The translations under genes were made by a program, and so were the position numbers. The notes under the pieces were generated by a model. That model worked only from the letters and a program-made list of their open reading frames with translations, had not been told where the DNA came from and did not search any database. DNA of 64,000 nucleotides, taken from NCBI RefSeq assembly GCF_009914755.1, contig NC_060939.1; one strand, given 5' to 3'. Below, in pieces: positions 16,371-31,300 of this stretch (positions are counted from its first letter, which is position 1; each line of letters opens with the position of its first letter). The stretch comes from the human T2T-CHM13v2.0 reference genome, Homo sapiens.

Positions 16371-17539
16371 CCTTTGCCGAAATTATTATTGAGCCGTCAG
16401 TAAAGTTAGATGTAGGATAGAGATTTCATGGTCACAGACTTGCATACCTGGTAAGATGTGGGGACAATTTGTAACTTGAGAGAAAACAATTTTCGTTTAG
16501 AAATAGTACCATGATTACATAGCTTTGATGAGTTGTAAATACAGATCTTGATATTAAATTTGATTGCCCCCTCTTAAGGTAGCAAGCTCTTTGGATGTCA
16601 CCCTAAGAAAGCTGTCATGGCCAGGCTGTTGCAAGCAGCCTTCTGGAAAGGAAAATAAATGTTCATGTGAGAACTAGAGATTGGCCCTTCAATTAAGAAG
16701 ATTGAATGAATAAATAAGGACAGGCCGCCCTTGACCTCACCTAGATACCCAGGGGAAACTATACTATGGAAGTTGAAGGCACAGTTGAGGATGTGTGGTA
16801 CTGCCATGCTGAGAGCCACCACCCAGGAAGGTCTACTTCTCAGCTCTAAGGCCTGAGCCCCCAGAGAGGACAGATGGTACGATATTGGGAAAACACACTT
16901 AATAAAGATGGATTCGGGGATTTCTATAGGAAGCACCAAGTACGTGGTCACCTTGGTGGAGAAAGTGATTAGAACTGCAATGGTGGGGAGAAAGACTATT
17001 GCTAACCAAGCAACAGCAGCTTCAGAGCCCCAGCTGTGATGAAGGCCATGCTGCCTCAAGTGACAGTGGTGGCAGGCCTCATGAGGACAAAGAGCATGAT
17101 TGGACCTAGTTCAGCAGTGCAGGAGAAGCAAGGATACCGAGGGACAATCACTGATGATTGCAGCAAGAAGGTCTCAAGGGCACCAGAGAGAGAGAGAGAG
17201 AGATGATACCATGTTGGCCTTCACAGGGAACATGCCAGCTTGGGGAAAGAGAGAGGATTAACAGGGTTTGGTTACCTTCTTTGGGCTAGGTTTTTCCAAT
17301 CTTATTTTATAACTTCACAATGGATTATTATTATTCCCTTTACTGGAGGGGAAATCAAGACAAGGAGAATTAGTCTAGTCTACTAGGTCTCACCAAGGTC
17401 CCATATCTGACCCTTCAGATTGTCACCCACAAGAATCCTGAGATTTCATGGAGATTCACTTTTTTCTGGCTTTTATCATTTTGATGTATAAAAATATGAA
17501 AAGAAAGATTAATTGGCAATTATAGAGATGTGAGTGATA

Positions 17540-17800
17540 ATAATACATTAATATTTATTGAGTTCTTCCTGTATGCCAGGCATTGTTCTAAGTAGCTTAT
17601 GTCTATGACATTATTTAACACCTACAATAATGTTGCAAGATGAGGATGGCCATTATTCCCATCTTTCAGATGGATGGGGGAGTCACTAATTATTGAAGTC
17701 CAGAGTGGATCAGAGTAGTGAATTTGCTTGCCCAATGTCATGCAGCTGGTACATGGGGTGCCAGCCTAAGTATTGAGGCAGTATAAATCTTAAAAGTAGC
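17540..17800 (-). mobile_element. MIR
   Basis: atttattgagttcttcctgtatgccaggcattgttctaag...ttgcccaatgtcatgcagct. Confidence 0.65.
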
Positions 17801-18108
17801 ACTGTACTGCTCTTATCATCTCCCCATGTCCATGCATGTGGATCTTTGGGAAGGAGCCACGTACACAGGAACCAGGGTTGGAAATGGCTCTAACTATATC
17901 TTCCTGTTCTTGGGAGGGGTTATCTTAAGTGAGTAAGTAACCCCTAGTAGCTCTCAAGGAGGATCTCCTACTAAAAGCTTTTTCTTTCAAGTTTCACCTT
18001 TGCTATGTCATAGCCTGGAGGTTTGCCTCTCTCTCCTCTCTCCCATTTAAGTTCAAAGAGCTTCTTGGGGTTGGCATCCTGTTGACAGGCTCAGTTACCA
18101 CAGGGTCA

Positions 18109-18917
<809 letters not shown>

Positions 18918-19786
18918 CAGACTTAGCAAGCAAGGCCAGTGGATCCAAATAGGGGGCCCTCCATAACCCAAGGTTGTGGTACAGGAAGCCAGAGAAGAAA
19001 ATACAAAAGCCATGCCCTTGGATGGATGCCAAGATTAAAACAGAAAAGCACGCAAAACAGAATCTTAACTTATCAGCAGAAAGAGAGTTTGAGGGTAGAA
19101 GTGGGGGCAGATGAACAGTGGGAGCCAAAGGACAGAGTTAAAATGGGGCAGTTACTAAGACAGGCAGCCCAGGGGAAGGGTGGGCAGGGCATAACAGGGG
19201 GAGTAGACGTTGACGGGTGCAGTAGGTACAACTCTGGGGTAGGAAGGAACTTACTGTGGGTTCCCAGCAAGGGTCTGTGAGTAATCTTGGGTCAGCCACA
19301 GGGGCTCATTTAGAATGAGCAGCCCAGATCCCAAGGCCTCTTCTGGAGCTGCTCATGGGCATCCACTGCATGTTAGGCCCTGAGCCTATAGTCCATATCC
19401 TGTATCCTCACTGTCCTTGGAGGTGGGTTCTCTGGTCCCAATTCTGCAGGAAAGGAACTGAGGCTCAGAGAGTCCACATGAGATACCCAGATTCACTCAA
19501 CCAGTCATCACGCTGGCATTCACCATGTCCTGGCAGCATTCAATCACTCTTGGGAAAGACGTTGGCCCTTTTTACACTCTGGTAATAAAATATTGACCTA
19601 AACATTGTATTCCTTAGAAATCCAGCTGTATTAATCCTAAAAAATAACTCTTACATATCTAATTTGATGTTTCCCAAAATATCTTATTAATGAGAATCCA
19701 TTTCTGGGCCTCAAACCAGATCCACTACCTCAAAGTCTCTAGGGAGGGAGAGTCCTAGAAACATGAAAATGGAACTCTTCAATTGT

Positions 19787-19866
19787 ATAGTTTCAACCAT
19801 ATGAAATTGCCAGTACATGGCTATTTATGATCTATGAAAACAACAATTTTACATGGTCTAATCTAA
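19787..19866. mobile_element. MADE2 mariner-derived MITE (~80 bp)
   Basis: Imperfect terminal inverted repeats caaccatatgaaattgcc ... acaattttacatggtctaatctaa; 80 bp length. Confidence 0.75.
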
Positions 19867-20036
19867 CTTATACTTCAAATCGTAAATGATTCTTATCATC
19901 AGAGAAATTTGAGAAAACCTTTTAAATGCTTTGACATGTTCCTCAAAGCTGATATCCACCGTGCTTCAGTATTACAAAAGAGCAAGTATTACAAATAACC
20001 TGAAGTCTCACTCCTAATTATCTCCTGTCTAATTCA

Positions 20037-20351
<315 letters not shown>

Positions 20352-20619
20352 TCAATCCATTAGTGCATTAAAAAAATAGGTATTGAAGACCTACTGTGTA
20401 TCAAACACTAGACTAAACCAAGGGTACAACATGGTTTTAGATATAATTCCTGAGCTCAAGATGTTGTGAACTCAGAGCGATTAAGCCATGATTACACAAT
20501 ACACCAAGTGGTGTAGAGCACAGAGGAAAGAATAATGTGTATGTTTGAAAATGCACTCCCAGAAGTGTCATATTCTTCTTCAACCAAGAGATGACCAGTT
20601 TTGAAGGTTTTACTTGCAG

Positions 20620-20621
<2 letters not shown>

Positions 20622-20658
<37 letters not shown>
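20622..20658. repeat. Poly(T) run, 37 nt
   Basis: Uninterrupted T37 with no adjacent Alu/L1 body. Confidence 0.95.
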
Positions 20659-20664
<6 letters not shown>

Positions 20665-22139
20665 GGGATATTGCAAGGATGAACCACTGCCAAGGTAAAG
20701 CAGGCTATAAGAGAGAGGCTTCCAGTATACAGTTTAGAAGACCATAAGTGTCATGGACCCCTGGATGTTCAGCTATTTCCTCTCTCTGCTGTCTTCTTCT
20801 CACTGCTAGAGAAACGTGGGCAATAACATGACTGATTTACTAGTATTAGTCAGCACTTTTTATGCATCTGGAAATCTTGGACTTAAGAACACCTGATACT
20901 AGTGTGAGACCCTAAAACACAAGGTTATTGTCTGGGAGGAATTGTGCAGGTGTCTAAAGAGTTAAAAGAGGCTGAGATTGAAATTCCATTCTCTTTCATA
21001 ATTTCTGGATTTCTTTTTAAAATGGTTAAGAAGCAGGGAGTTTGCCCTAGTATCAGTGTTCAGGAAGAGATTAGTTTGCAAAGTCAGTGGAACTTCCCAT
21101 TCACCTTTCTCCCCTTGCAAGGTTCCTAAGGTCTTGCCCAGCTTAAGATTTTCAGCATGATGAAAATCCATTCCACTGGATGCGCAGGTAATGCAACCTC
21201 TTTTTACAACAACAGCCTTCTTTCTTTGAGGCATTTCAGTCTGGCCATTCAGGTGCATAAAGTATGCAGAAGCAGGTGGGTAGGATTTCAAGCTTCAGTG
21301 GCTGCTTGGCTCTAATCCCTCGAGGTAGATATTTAATTAAGCTGAGAAAGTCAGTGTACCATCCATCAGGCAGCATGTTCTAGCATAGACCACTTACTAT
21401 CTGGGACATCGTGTATCAAAAGTATAAAATGAGTTTTAATATGAAGTGAAATGACATAAATGGAAAAGTGGACCAACTGCTGACTCAGCAACTTCTTCCA
21501 ATGACAAAAAAGCTACTTTTAAAAATTTGCTCAAAAAGAACAAGTGGCTCCCACTATAGATATCAAGCACTGTAATGGAATTACAGTCCCTGACTGACCC
21601 TACTGTTGCAATGCCATACACCAGCAAAGTTTGCTAGTCAGAGCAGGTATGTGCCCTGGAGACATGGCCAGCTCAGAAGAAGCCTCACAAAACCTTGGCA
21701 TGCTGTATCTGAGTTGACTTGCATTGTGGTGCTTGTTGAATAATGATCAGAATCTGACTCATGCAAGAAAGAAAGGGTGCATTTTGAATGATTCTGATTT
21801 GTAAGTTCTGGGAGGTGATAATAGAATAACAGCTTTATTGAGCATTCTGCAGAACACGCTGGAAATGCAAAGATCATGTGGAACAGGGGCCTGGTCCTCA
21901 CGAGTGTTTACAGTCTAATGACAGAGAAAAGCCTGAGTCCCATCAAGGATGTTTTAAGGGAAAAGGCAATTGGTGAAAGATGTGTGTGTGTTTTAGACCT
22001 CAATGGCAACAGAGTTCAGGAAGGGGAGCAATGACTTAAGGCTATGGAAATCTGTAAGGACTTGGGAATGAGGTACAAATTGAATTAGGAAGAAAAGAGG
22101 AGAGGGCACAGTAAAGGCAGGCAAGAAAGGAGAGGTATG

Positions 22140-22499
<360 letters not shown>

Positions 22500-23110
22500 T
22501 TACTTCTGGAAAGTTGTAGAAGACAGGACTGGAAGGGTTCACCAGGAACAGTTTGTGAGTGTCTACAAATGGAAGGCTATGGAATTTAAGCTCTAAACTC
22601 TCTGCAATGGGCAGCCATCGCATTTTACAGCAGGGTGTTAAAAAATGGATTTGCAGCTGTGTGCAGGACAGGCTGAGGGCACAGGACAAATTATTCATCT
22701 CACAGGCATCATTGAGAGCTTAGAGTGCTAGATGCTTGGATTGCAAATATGAACCACACCAGGTCTCTCTCTAGAAGACCTCACAGAACAATAAGGGAAA
22801 TGCATAATGCATGTGGACACAGTTTCAACACCTTTGCATGGGCTTGAAGAGTGAACCAGGAGAAGCTAGTAAGAGACCACTGTAGGCCAGGTGATATGAA
22901 ATTTGGATTTGAACTAAGCTGGGGAAACAGGAGGAGTACTCACAGCAGTGACTCATAGTCAGAGTTGACATTTCAGAAGGTCGGGAGGGAGAGGTCAGGA
23001 CTGAAGAGAGTTTGGAAGGTCACCTGGGGAGAGGTGAACAAAGTGTGAGGGGCAGAGAGGCAAAGGGCTGCTGCAGGGGCCCAAGGTAGGAGGTGGAGAG
23101 ATGGGCATGA

Positions 23111-23162
23111 AGGAGCGGGGAGGAGGAGCGGGGAGGAGGAGCGGGGAGGAGGAGCGGGGAGG
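23111..23162 (+). repeat. 13-bp tandem repeat (AGGAGCGGGGAGG)x4
   Basis: Four perfect copies starting at 23111, 23124, 23137, 23150. Confidence 0.95.
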
Positions 23163-23344
23163 TCCAAGCACAGGGATCATGGGGAGAACTCAGGAGCTGG
23201 GACTGGTCAGAGCTGACAGCCATGCCCTTCTGTTCTGGGGCACCTGCCACCGCTGTGCTCCTCCCAGGAGCTGGGCTGTCTCAGCGGGAGGGAGAGAAGT
23301 ACTCACTTTCATTAGTTTCTTTGCCACATTAAAAGAACACTGGC

Positions 23345-23653
<309 letters not shown>

Positions 23654-26017
23654 AAGAACACTGGCTGGGTGCAGAGAGGGTCACTGCTGTCCAACAGAGC
23701 AGCCCTACACTTTCCTTATCCTCAGAACCTACCTGTTTGCCTTTATATCCTGTGACTTTTTAGCACTCAAATTAACGGCTGCATCCTCTGAACTCTCTGA
23801 GCATGCCCAGCCTCAGCCCTGCCTCCCACCCCAGCCCTCTCCCACCTCCCACCACATCCCTTCCACTCCCCACTGTGCACACACCCCCCTCCTCCCCCAT
23901 CCACACCTACCTCCTAACCCCACCTCCCCTAACTCTCACTGGCAGCCTCCCATCCCATAGAAATTCTATGCCTGTTTTTTTTCACTTTACTTTTGAATGC
24001 AGCATGCGGCACAAAAAAGTGCCCTCGAATTTGAAATATGACGATCCAGGTTTAGATCCTGATATAGCCTCTTATGGCCAAGATCTCTTTGAGTCTTGTT
24101 TTTCTTACCTGAAGAAATGGAGATAATATTTATGAAGATAAAATGAAAAAATGTTGTACAGATGCCTGTTACCATATATTGCTTGAGCCATCCTAGGTGC
24201 TTGCTCAGAATTAATGACCTTTCTTGTTGCTTTTCCTGCTAGAGTCTCGAAGTGCACATACAAAAGACATTCCACACTTATTGAATTAATCCTCCCTCCT
24301 GCCTCTATTAGAAATTAAACGTTTTAAGGGCAGGGTCCTTTCTGGGTCTGGCATGTAGAGTCTTGTGCATGCTGTCTACTAGTTAAATATTTGTTAAATA
24401 AATGAGCCATGTGGTCAGGAAAGCGAGGAAACTCCTACATGACAGCTGTGATTTCACACTGTGGGTGTCTGGAGAAGAACGGAGTTTGACAACCCGCTGT
24501 CTCTTCCCTAGAATGGGTGGTAGACCTCAATTCTCTCCATTGTCTCCCAAGAAGTCTCTGCTTAAAGTTTAAGGAACTGTTGACATGGCCTCAGCAGCAC
24601 AGGACCAAGACATCATTCACAGGCACATATGCCACTCCTTTGGAACCTGTCAAGTGTGTGCCCGAAAAATTATCTGTATATTTTGCATGGTGACAAAAGC
24701 AACACATTCTAATCTCCTACAGTGAATTAAATTCCACCAGCAAAACAAATGCCTTATGACAGGTGATTGATAGGTGTTTTCTCTGACAGCCTCTGGCACA
24801 GAAATCTGCCCTCAATCGAGTCTGGAAAGATAGCTGGAAGAAGAGTTGAAGTAGTCAGCCAGTTCTCTCCCCACACTGCACTGTGCAATGTCTAAGCACG
24901 CAGCAATATAAATGACATACCATTCAATTGATCTTTTGCTTATCTATAAATGCAGAATGAGCTGTGTGGACCCTGATCCACAAAGGAACCATTTTAGGAA
25001 AATTTATTTCCTTTCACTACCCATAAAAATAAATTGCTCCTCACAAAGGAGAGACAAAAAAATACTTTCTTCCCCTAATAAGATTATTATGAAAGGGATA
25101 TTTTCTCTGAACTATTGTTACTGAGTTGCGTGCTGTCAATTTTTTATAACGGTGTTACCATTCTCAGCTTGGCTGGAGCTCCAGAGACATGGCAGGCAAG
25201 GGCCTGGCCTTTCCTGTTGTTTTATTTGGGTGATACTGTGACAGGGTCAAATGTTTTTAATGCGGGTGGGCTCAACTTATCACTGGCCCCCAATGTTCTC
25301 CTCTATTCCAGGCAAAAGATGACAGGAATTGTAGCTCAATGCTTGGGCATAAATAATGTACTTATACACACAGGCATATACACACACTCACACTGGATGG
25401 CAATCCATGCATTGCTGGCTTTCAAAGGGGTGAAGTTCCACCATTGTGCTAAGAAAAGCTGTGTCCCTTCCAGCTTCGATATTTTTCAGTGACTTTTACT
25501 TTAGTCTCTGTGACACTTAGCTCAGTGGGAGACTGGTCAGAGGAGCTGTGCTAAACGCTCTTCCATGCCCCTTTGTAGCCAACAGTGAAATTAACTACAA
25601 TGTATTCAGTATCTGCTTTGGGCCAGGAAGGCAGATAGTTGCTTTACAGAAAACTCCATCTTTAAGCTTCGCCCCAGGTTGCTGTCTCTTTTGAAGCAAT
25701 TGAGGTTTGGACAAGTGAGCCAGCTGGGCTAGGATCCCATTGCTAAAGAAGAGCCGAGGTGGAAGAGTGTGTCTTCTCCAGCTTAGGGGGAACAGAACAC
25801 ACTGGTGAGGAGCCATAGGAGGAGGGAGACCTGCAAGAGGGAGGGCAGGCTGTGTGAGGTGTTTTAGGTACCGAAGCCAAACGGGAACCGGATTTTCTGG
25901 GTGAAGTGGGGCAATCTTGTCAGACAGTACTTTAAGTACACTTGAGTCTCCAGAAGTTAAATTGAGTGATTCTCAGCAATAGGCTGTCATGAGCAGAACT
26001 GTAGAATTACCATTAAT

Positions 26018-26821
26018 AGACATTTATGCAGCCAAAAGACACATGAAAAAATGCTCATCATCACTGGTCATCAGAGAAATGCAAATCAAAACCACCATGA
26101 GATACCATCTCACACCAGTTAGAATGGCAATCATTAAAAAGTCAGGAAACAACAGGTGCTGGAGAGGATGTGGAGAAATAGGAACACTTTTACACTGTTG
26201 GTGGGACTGTAAACTAGTTCAACCATTGTGGAAGTCAGTGTGGCGATTCCTCAGGTATCTAGAACTAGAAATGCCATTTGACCCAGCAATCCCATTACTG
26301 GGTATATACCTAAAGGATTATAAATCCTGCTGCTATAAAGACACATGCACACGTATGTTTATTGCGGCACTATTCAGAATAGCAAAGACTTGGAACCAAC
26401 CCAAATGTCCTACAATGATAGATTGGATTAAGAAAATGTGGCACATATACACCATGGAATACTATGCAGCCATAAAAAAGGATGAGTTCATGTCCTTTGT
26501 AGGGACATGGATGAAGCTGGAAACCATCATTCTCAGCAAACTATCACAAGGACAAAAAACCAAACACCGCATGTTCTCACTCATAGGTGGGAATTGAACA
26601 ATGAGAACACTTGGACACAGGAAGGGGAACATCACACACCAGGGCCTGTTGTGGGGTTGGGGGAGGCAGGAGGGGTAGCATTAGGAGATATACCTAATGT
26701 TAAATGACGAGTTGATGGGTGCAGCATACCAACATGGCACATGTATACATATGTAACAAACCTGTACATTGTGCACATGTACCCTAAAACTTGAAGTATA
26801 ATAAAAAAATTAAATTAAAAA
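26018..26821 (+). mobile_element. 5'-truncated L1PA3/4-age element (ORF2 C-terminus plus 3'UTR)
   Basis: Open ORF2 C-terminal frame ending ...FSLIGGN*; 3'UTR and A-tail; TSD aattaccattaata at 26005-26018 and 26822-26835. Confidence 0.95.
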
Positions 26822-27820
26822 AATTACCATTAATATAAGCTAAGAAAGTTAAGGAACAAAATCTATCCTAAAAATGGGTTTTTAAAAATAACTTGTATTA
26901 TTTTGTTTTACTATTTTTCAATTTTTATTAATTGCCTGGTGACCACAGTTAATAATAATGTATTGTATATTTCAAAATTTGTAAAAGTCAATTTCTAATG
27001 GTTTACTCATTTTTGACTGCATATATATGTGTATACTTAAGAATTTAAAAATGCTTCTAAGCAAGAAGAAGCATATAAAAATTACCCACAATTTTAACCA
27101 TGTGGAGGTGAATAATCTATATTTTAAGTTACATCCGTATAGTTTTGAATAGCTGTGTTTTGACTACACAAAATGTATTTTTTGAAAATCTAGTAAAGTC
27201 TTTTTATAACCTGAGTATTTTGGTAAAGTATAATTTCTTCAACTATTATTGGCATATAATTGGTAAGAATATTCTTTCCTGGTATTTTACAAATATCCCT
27301 TATAGTTATATCCCTGTTTTTGTCTTCATATTGTGTGTGTATGTGTGTGTGTGTATGTGTATGCGCATTTACATACCTCTCTTAGATCTTGTTATTCTTA
27401 GTTGTGTACACAAGGAACCCTGGTTTCCTATTTAAAGACCTCATTTGAAAACAGAAGGGTAATCTTTGCTACTTAGTTGGTCTCGATTTTCTATGATTTA
27501 TCAGTTAGCTGAGCTAGGAAATATTTCTAAGATAAAATATTTCATAAGTTCATACTGATGCTTCAATTCAAATTCAGAACCACAGATGCTTTTCTTAACT
27601 TCCTCAATAGACCGAGGTTCACCCACACTGAACATCCCCTCTATCGAAGAAACCACTATCGTTTCTCATCTCTTTTATCCAAAGAAGTGCACTCAACAGC
27701 CTCAAAATTACAACATAAATACTACCAGTGGCAGTGTTTTCTGAAAACAGGTTAAATTTTTTTTCCTGGTTCCTAGGGCATATCTCACTAGGAACGAATA
27801 GTCAATCAAATTTCTTTCTG

Positions 27821-28203
<383 letters not shown>

Positions 28204-28429
28204 CTAAAATCAAATTTACAAAACAAGGTACAGAGACATCTGGCTTTTTTCCCTGTTTCCTTCACTTGTTTCTCTACCTTTCAAGGTAGTAATTTATTAA
28301 TTTTTTATCCTTTCATTATTTTGAGTATAAAAATGTTTATGTTAATGTAAGAAAATATTTGTATTTTAGGTTTACTATAGAAAAACATAATTTATGAACT
28401 ATGTTAATATAAGAAAATATGTCTATGTG

Positions 28430-29400
28430 TGTATTTTTATTATTTCCTTTCTTAGATGGATAGTTTTATACTATAATGTTTTCCTTCACCTTGTTTTTCC
28501 ATTTAACAATATGTTTCAGAGGTTATTTCCTACAAGGGCCTACAAGCAGTCCTCATTCCTTTTCCTGATGGCATAGTAGTCCATTTGCAATTGTGGCATG
28601 GTTTTATTGCTCCCCATTAATGAACATTGGAGAAAATTCCAGTCTTTTGTTATAAATATGCTGCACCAAATACCTGTGTGCAAGTTTCATATATTTTTGG
28701 CAATGGATTTTTGGATATAGTCCCAGAATGGTGATGGGTAGGTCAAACTATACATGTCTATAAAATCTTGCTATCACAATTTTGCTAGACATGACCCAAT
28801 TTCTGCCCATGGGGGTTGTACTATTTTGCATCTCCCTCAGGAATATTTGAGAGTTCCTGTTTCCCCGCAGATGTGCCACAAAGCTTATTGCCAAACTTCT
28901 AAATTTTTGATGATTCCACCTATTTGGTGAGAAATGGTATCTCAACAACTTTTTTTTTTTTTTTTTTTTTTTGAGACAGAGTCTTGCTTTGTCACCCAGG
29001 CTAGAGTACAGTGGCACAATCTTGGCTCACTGCAGCCTCTGACTCCCGGGTTCCAGCGATTCTCCTGCTTCAGCCTCCCGAGTAGCCAAGATTACAGGCA
29101 TGCATCACCACGCTCAGTTAATTTCTGTGTTTTTATTAGAGACGAGGTTTCACCACATTGGCCAGGCTGGTCTTGAGCTCCTGACCTCATGTGATCCGCC
29201 CGTCTCATCCTCCCAAAGTGCTGGGATTACAGGCGTGAGCCACCGTGCCCGGCTGTCAACAACATATTATCTTTCTTTTCTAATGAGTGACATTGAACAT
29301 CTTTTCATAGAATTAAGAGCTCCATTATATGTATTTTTTCCTCAGTGATTCATCTCTTCAAAGCTCCTCCCCATTGTTCTTTATTGTCAAAATGTGTTAT
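28430..29400 (-). mobile_element. Ancient L1ME-class fragment interrupted by an Alu
   Basis: Antisense L1 3' motifs (ggtgagaaatggtatctca, taatgagtgacattgaacatcttttcat). Confidence 0.6.
28950..29254 (-). mobile_element. AluS (antisense)
   Basis: T-tail then gagacagagtcttgc...gagccaccgtgcccggct; TSD core tcaacaac. Confidence 0.95.
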
Positions 29401-29851
29401 TTGATACAGTTCTTGTACATAGGTAGCATGTCTGCCCGTAGGCAGAGGTGGGTGGAGGAGACAATGAGTGTTTCAGGTAGAGGACTGCCATAATCATCAG
29501 TGTGAAAGCAGGGCAGCCTAAGATGTGGTTGGAAAGCATCTCCACTAGACGGTCATGGAGGGCTTTCCACATTCCTCAGCTGAGCATACAGGGTCCCCAC
29601 ATAATCTGCCCTCTGCAATCCCTTCAATCTGAAGTTCTCTATAAACTTCATTGCCTTATACTCCAGTGTCATCTATGTAGTTGCTGTTAAAAATACAGGT
29701 GCTAGAAAAATTCTATAATGTGAGTGAGCAGTGGCTACACATGTTAATATTTTCCGAAACACATTGAATAGTACATTTAAAATGTGTGCATTGTATTGCG
29801 TGTAAATTATACTATATATATATATAGTGTGTGTGTATATATATATATATA

Positions 29852-30092
29852 TGGCATGAGCTCAGTTCACTGCAACCTCTGCCCCTGGGTTCCAGCGATT
29901 CTCCTGCCTCAGCCTGCCAAGTAGCTGGGATTACAGGCGCCCACCACCATGCCCAGCTAATGTTTCGTAATTTTAGTAGAGATAGGGTTTCACCATGTTG
30001 GCCAGGTTGGTCTCAAACTCCTGATCTCGTGATTTGCCTGCCTTGGCCTCCCAAAGTCCTAGGATTACAGGCATGAGCCACCGTGCCCGGCC
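29852..30092 (-). mobile_element. AluSg-like (antisense), 3' end missing and abutting a (TA)n/(TG)n microsatellite at ~29814-29851
   Basis: cagttcactgcaacctctgcc...gagccaccgtgcccggcc; terminal ~45 nt and T-tail absent. Confidence 0.9.
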
Positions 30093-30974
30093 ATAACTAT
30101 GTATATTTGTACATAGTCATGACCATAAACTAGTCATGTTCAAGCCCTATCCTAGGTCTACTGTGTCAATTTCTGGGTGTGTATACTGAAAATCTACATT
30201 ACTAAGCAAGACACACAGGAGACACATTTGCACATTAAAATTTGAGACCACGAACTACTTGTATTTCTTCAAACTCTCAAGCTGGGTGTGTTTCTATGCC
30301 TGCTGATTCTGCTGTTTGCTAGAATGTCTTTGAATACCTCAGGAATGCCTATGCATCTTCAAGATGTTGTTCTGGTATCACATCCTCTGCTTTTTCCTTC
30401 TTCTGGTTTAATTTAATGTGAACTCTACCCTCCTTTGTTCTCTACTGTGAGTATAAAATTATGATACTTCCATTAAAATATAAATACAGACATATACTAT
30501 ATGTATATTTAGAAAGTATATATAATGCTTGCTCTTACACATTTATTTCTGTATTTCCCTTTACCAAACCAAAGAACATTTTCAGAACAGAGATTGTGTC
30601 TGATTTGCCATATTTTCAAGGTCTTGTTGAAACCAAAACACACAGTAGGTGTCTGATGAATCGTTCCTAAATGAATGGCCTTGGTGAAGGACTAGTGGGG
30701 GAGGAGCCTGGATATATAGATTAGGAGTATATTTTGGAAGGTCATAAATATTAAACTAAAAAGCTGATTTTTAATTTATTGGTTATCATGTAAAGAATGC
30801 TTATTATGTATTAGGAACTGTGCTAAGCACAGTGTGACTTTTATTGCATTAAATCCTATGTGGTGGGTGGTTTTTATTTTAAAGATGCCAATCTGACACT
30901 TAAAGAGGTCAAGCCACTTGTCCAAAGTCATTGTGCTTCCAATCAAACCCTGGTCTGACTGACCTCGGAGAATG

Positions 30975-31300
<326 letters not shown>

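Noticed and set aside
16598-17280. 153-aa hydrophobic ORF / possible ancient LTR-like segment
   Set aside because: No recognisable protein family, non-ATG start, and I could not assign a repeat family with confidence
25989-26597. 202-aa ORF with a flanking ATG fused to the intact L1 ORF2 C-terminal CCHC region
   Set aside because: An in-frame ATG 30 bp upstream of a young truncated L1 is easily chance; no promoter or splice support
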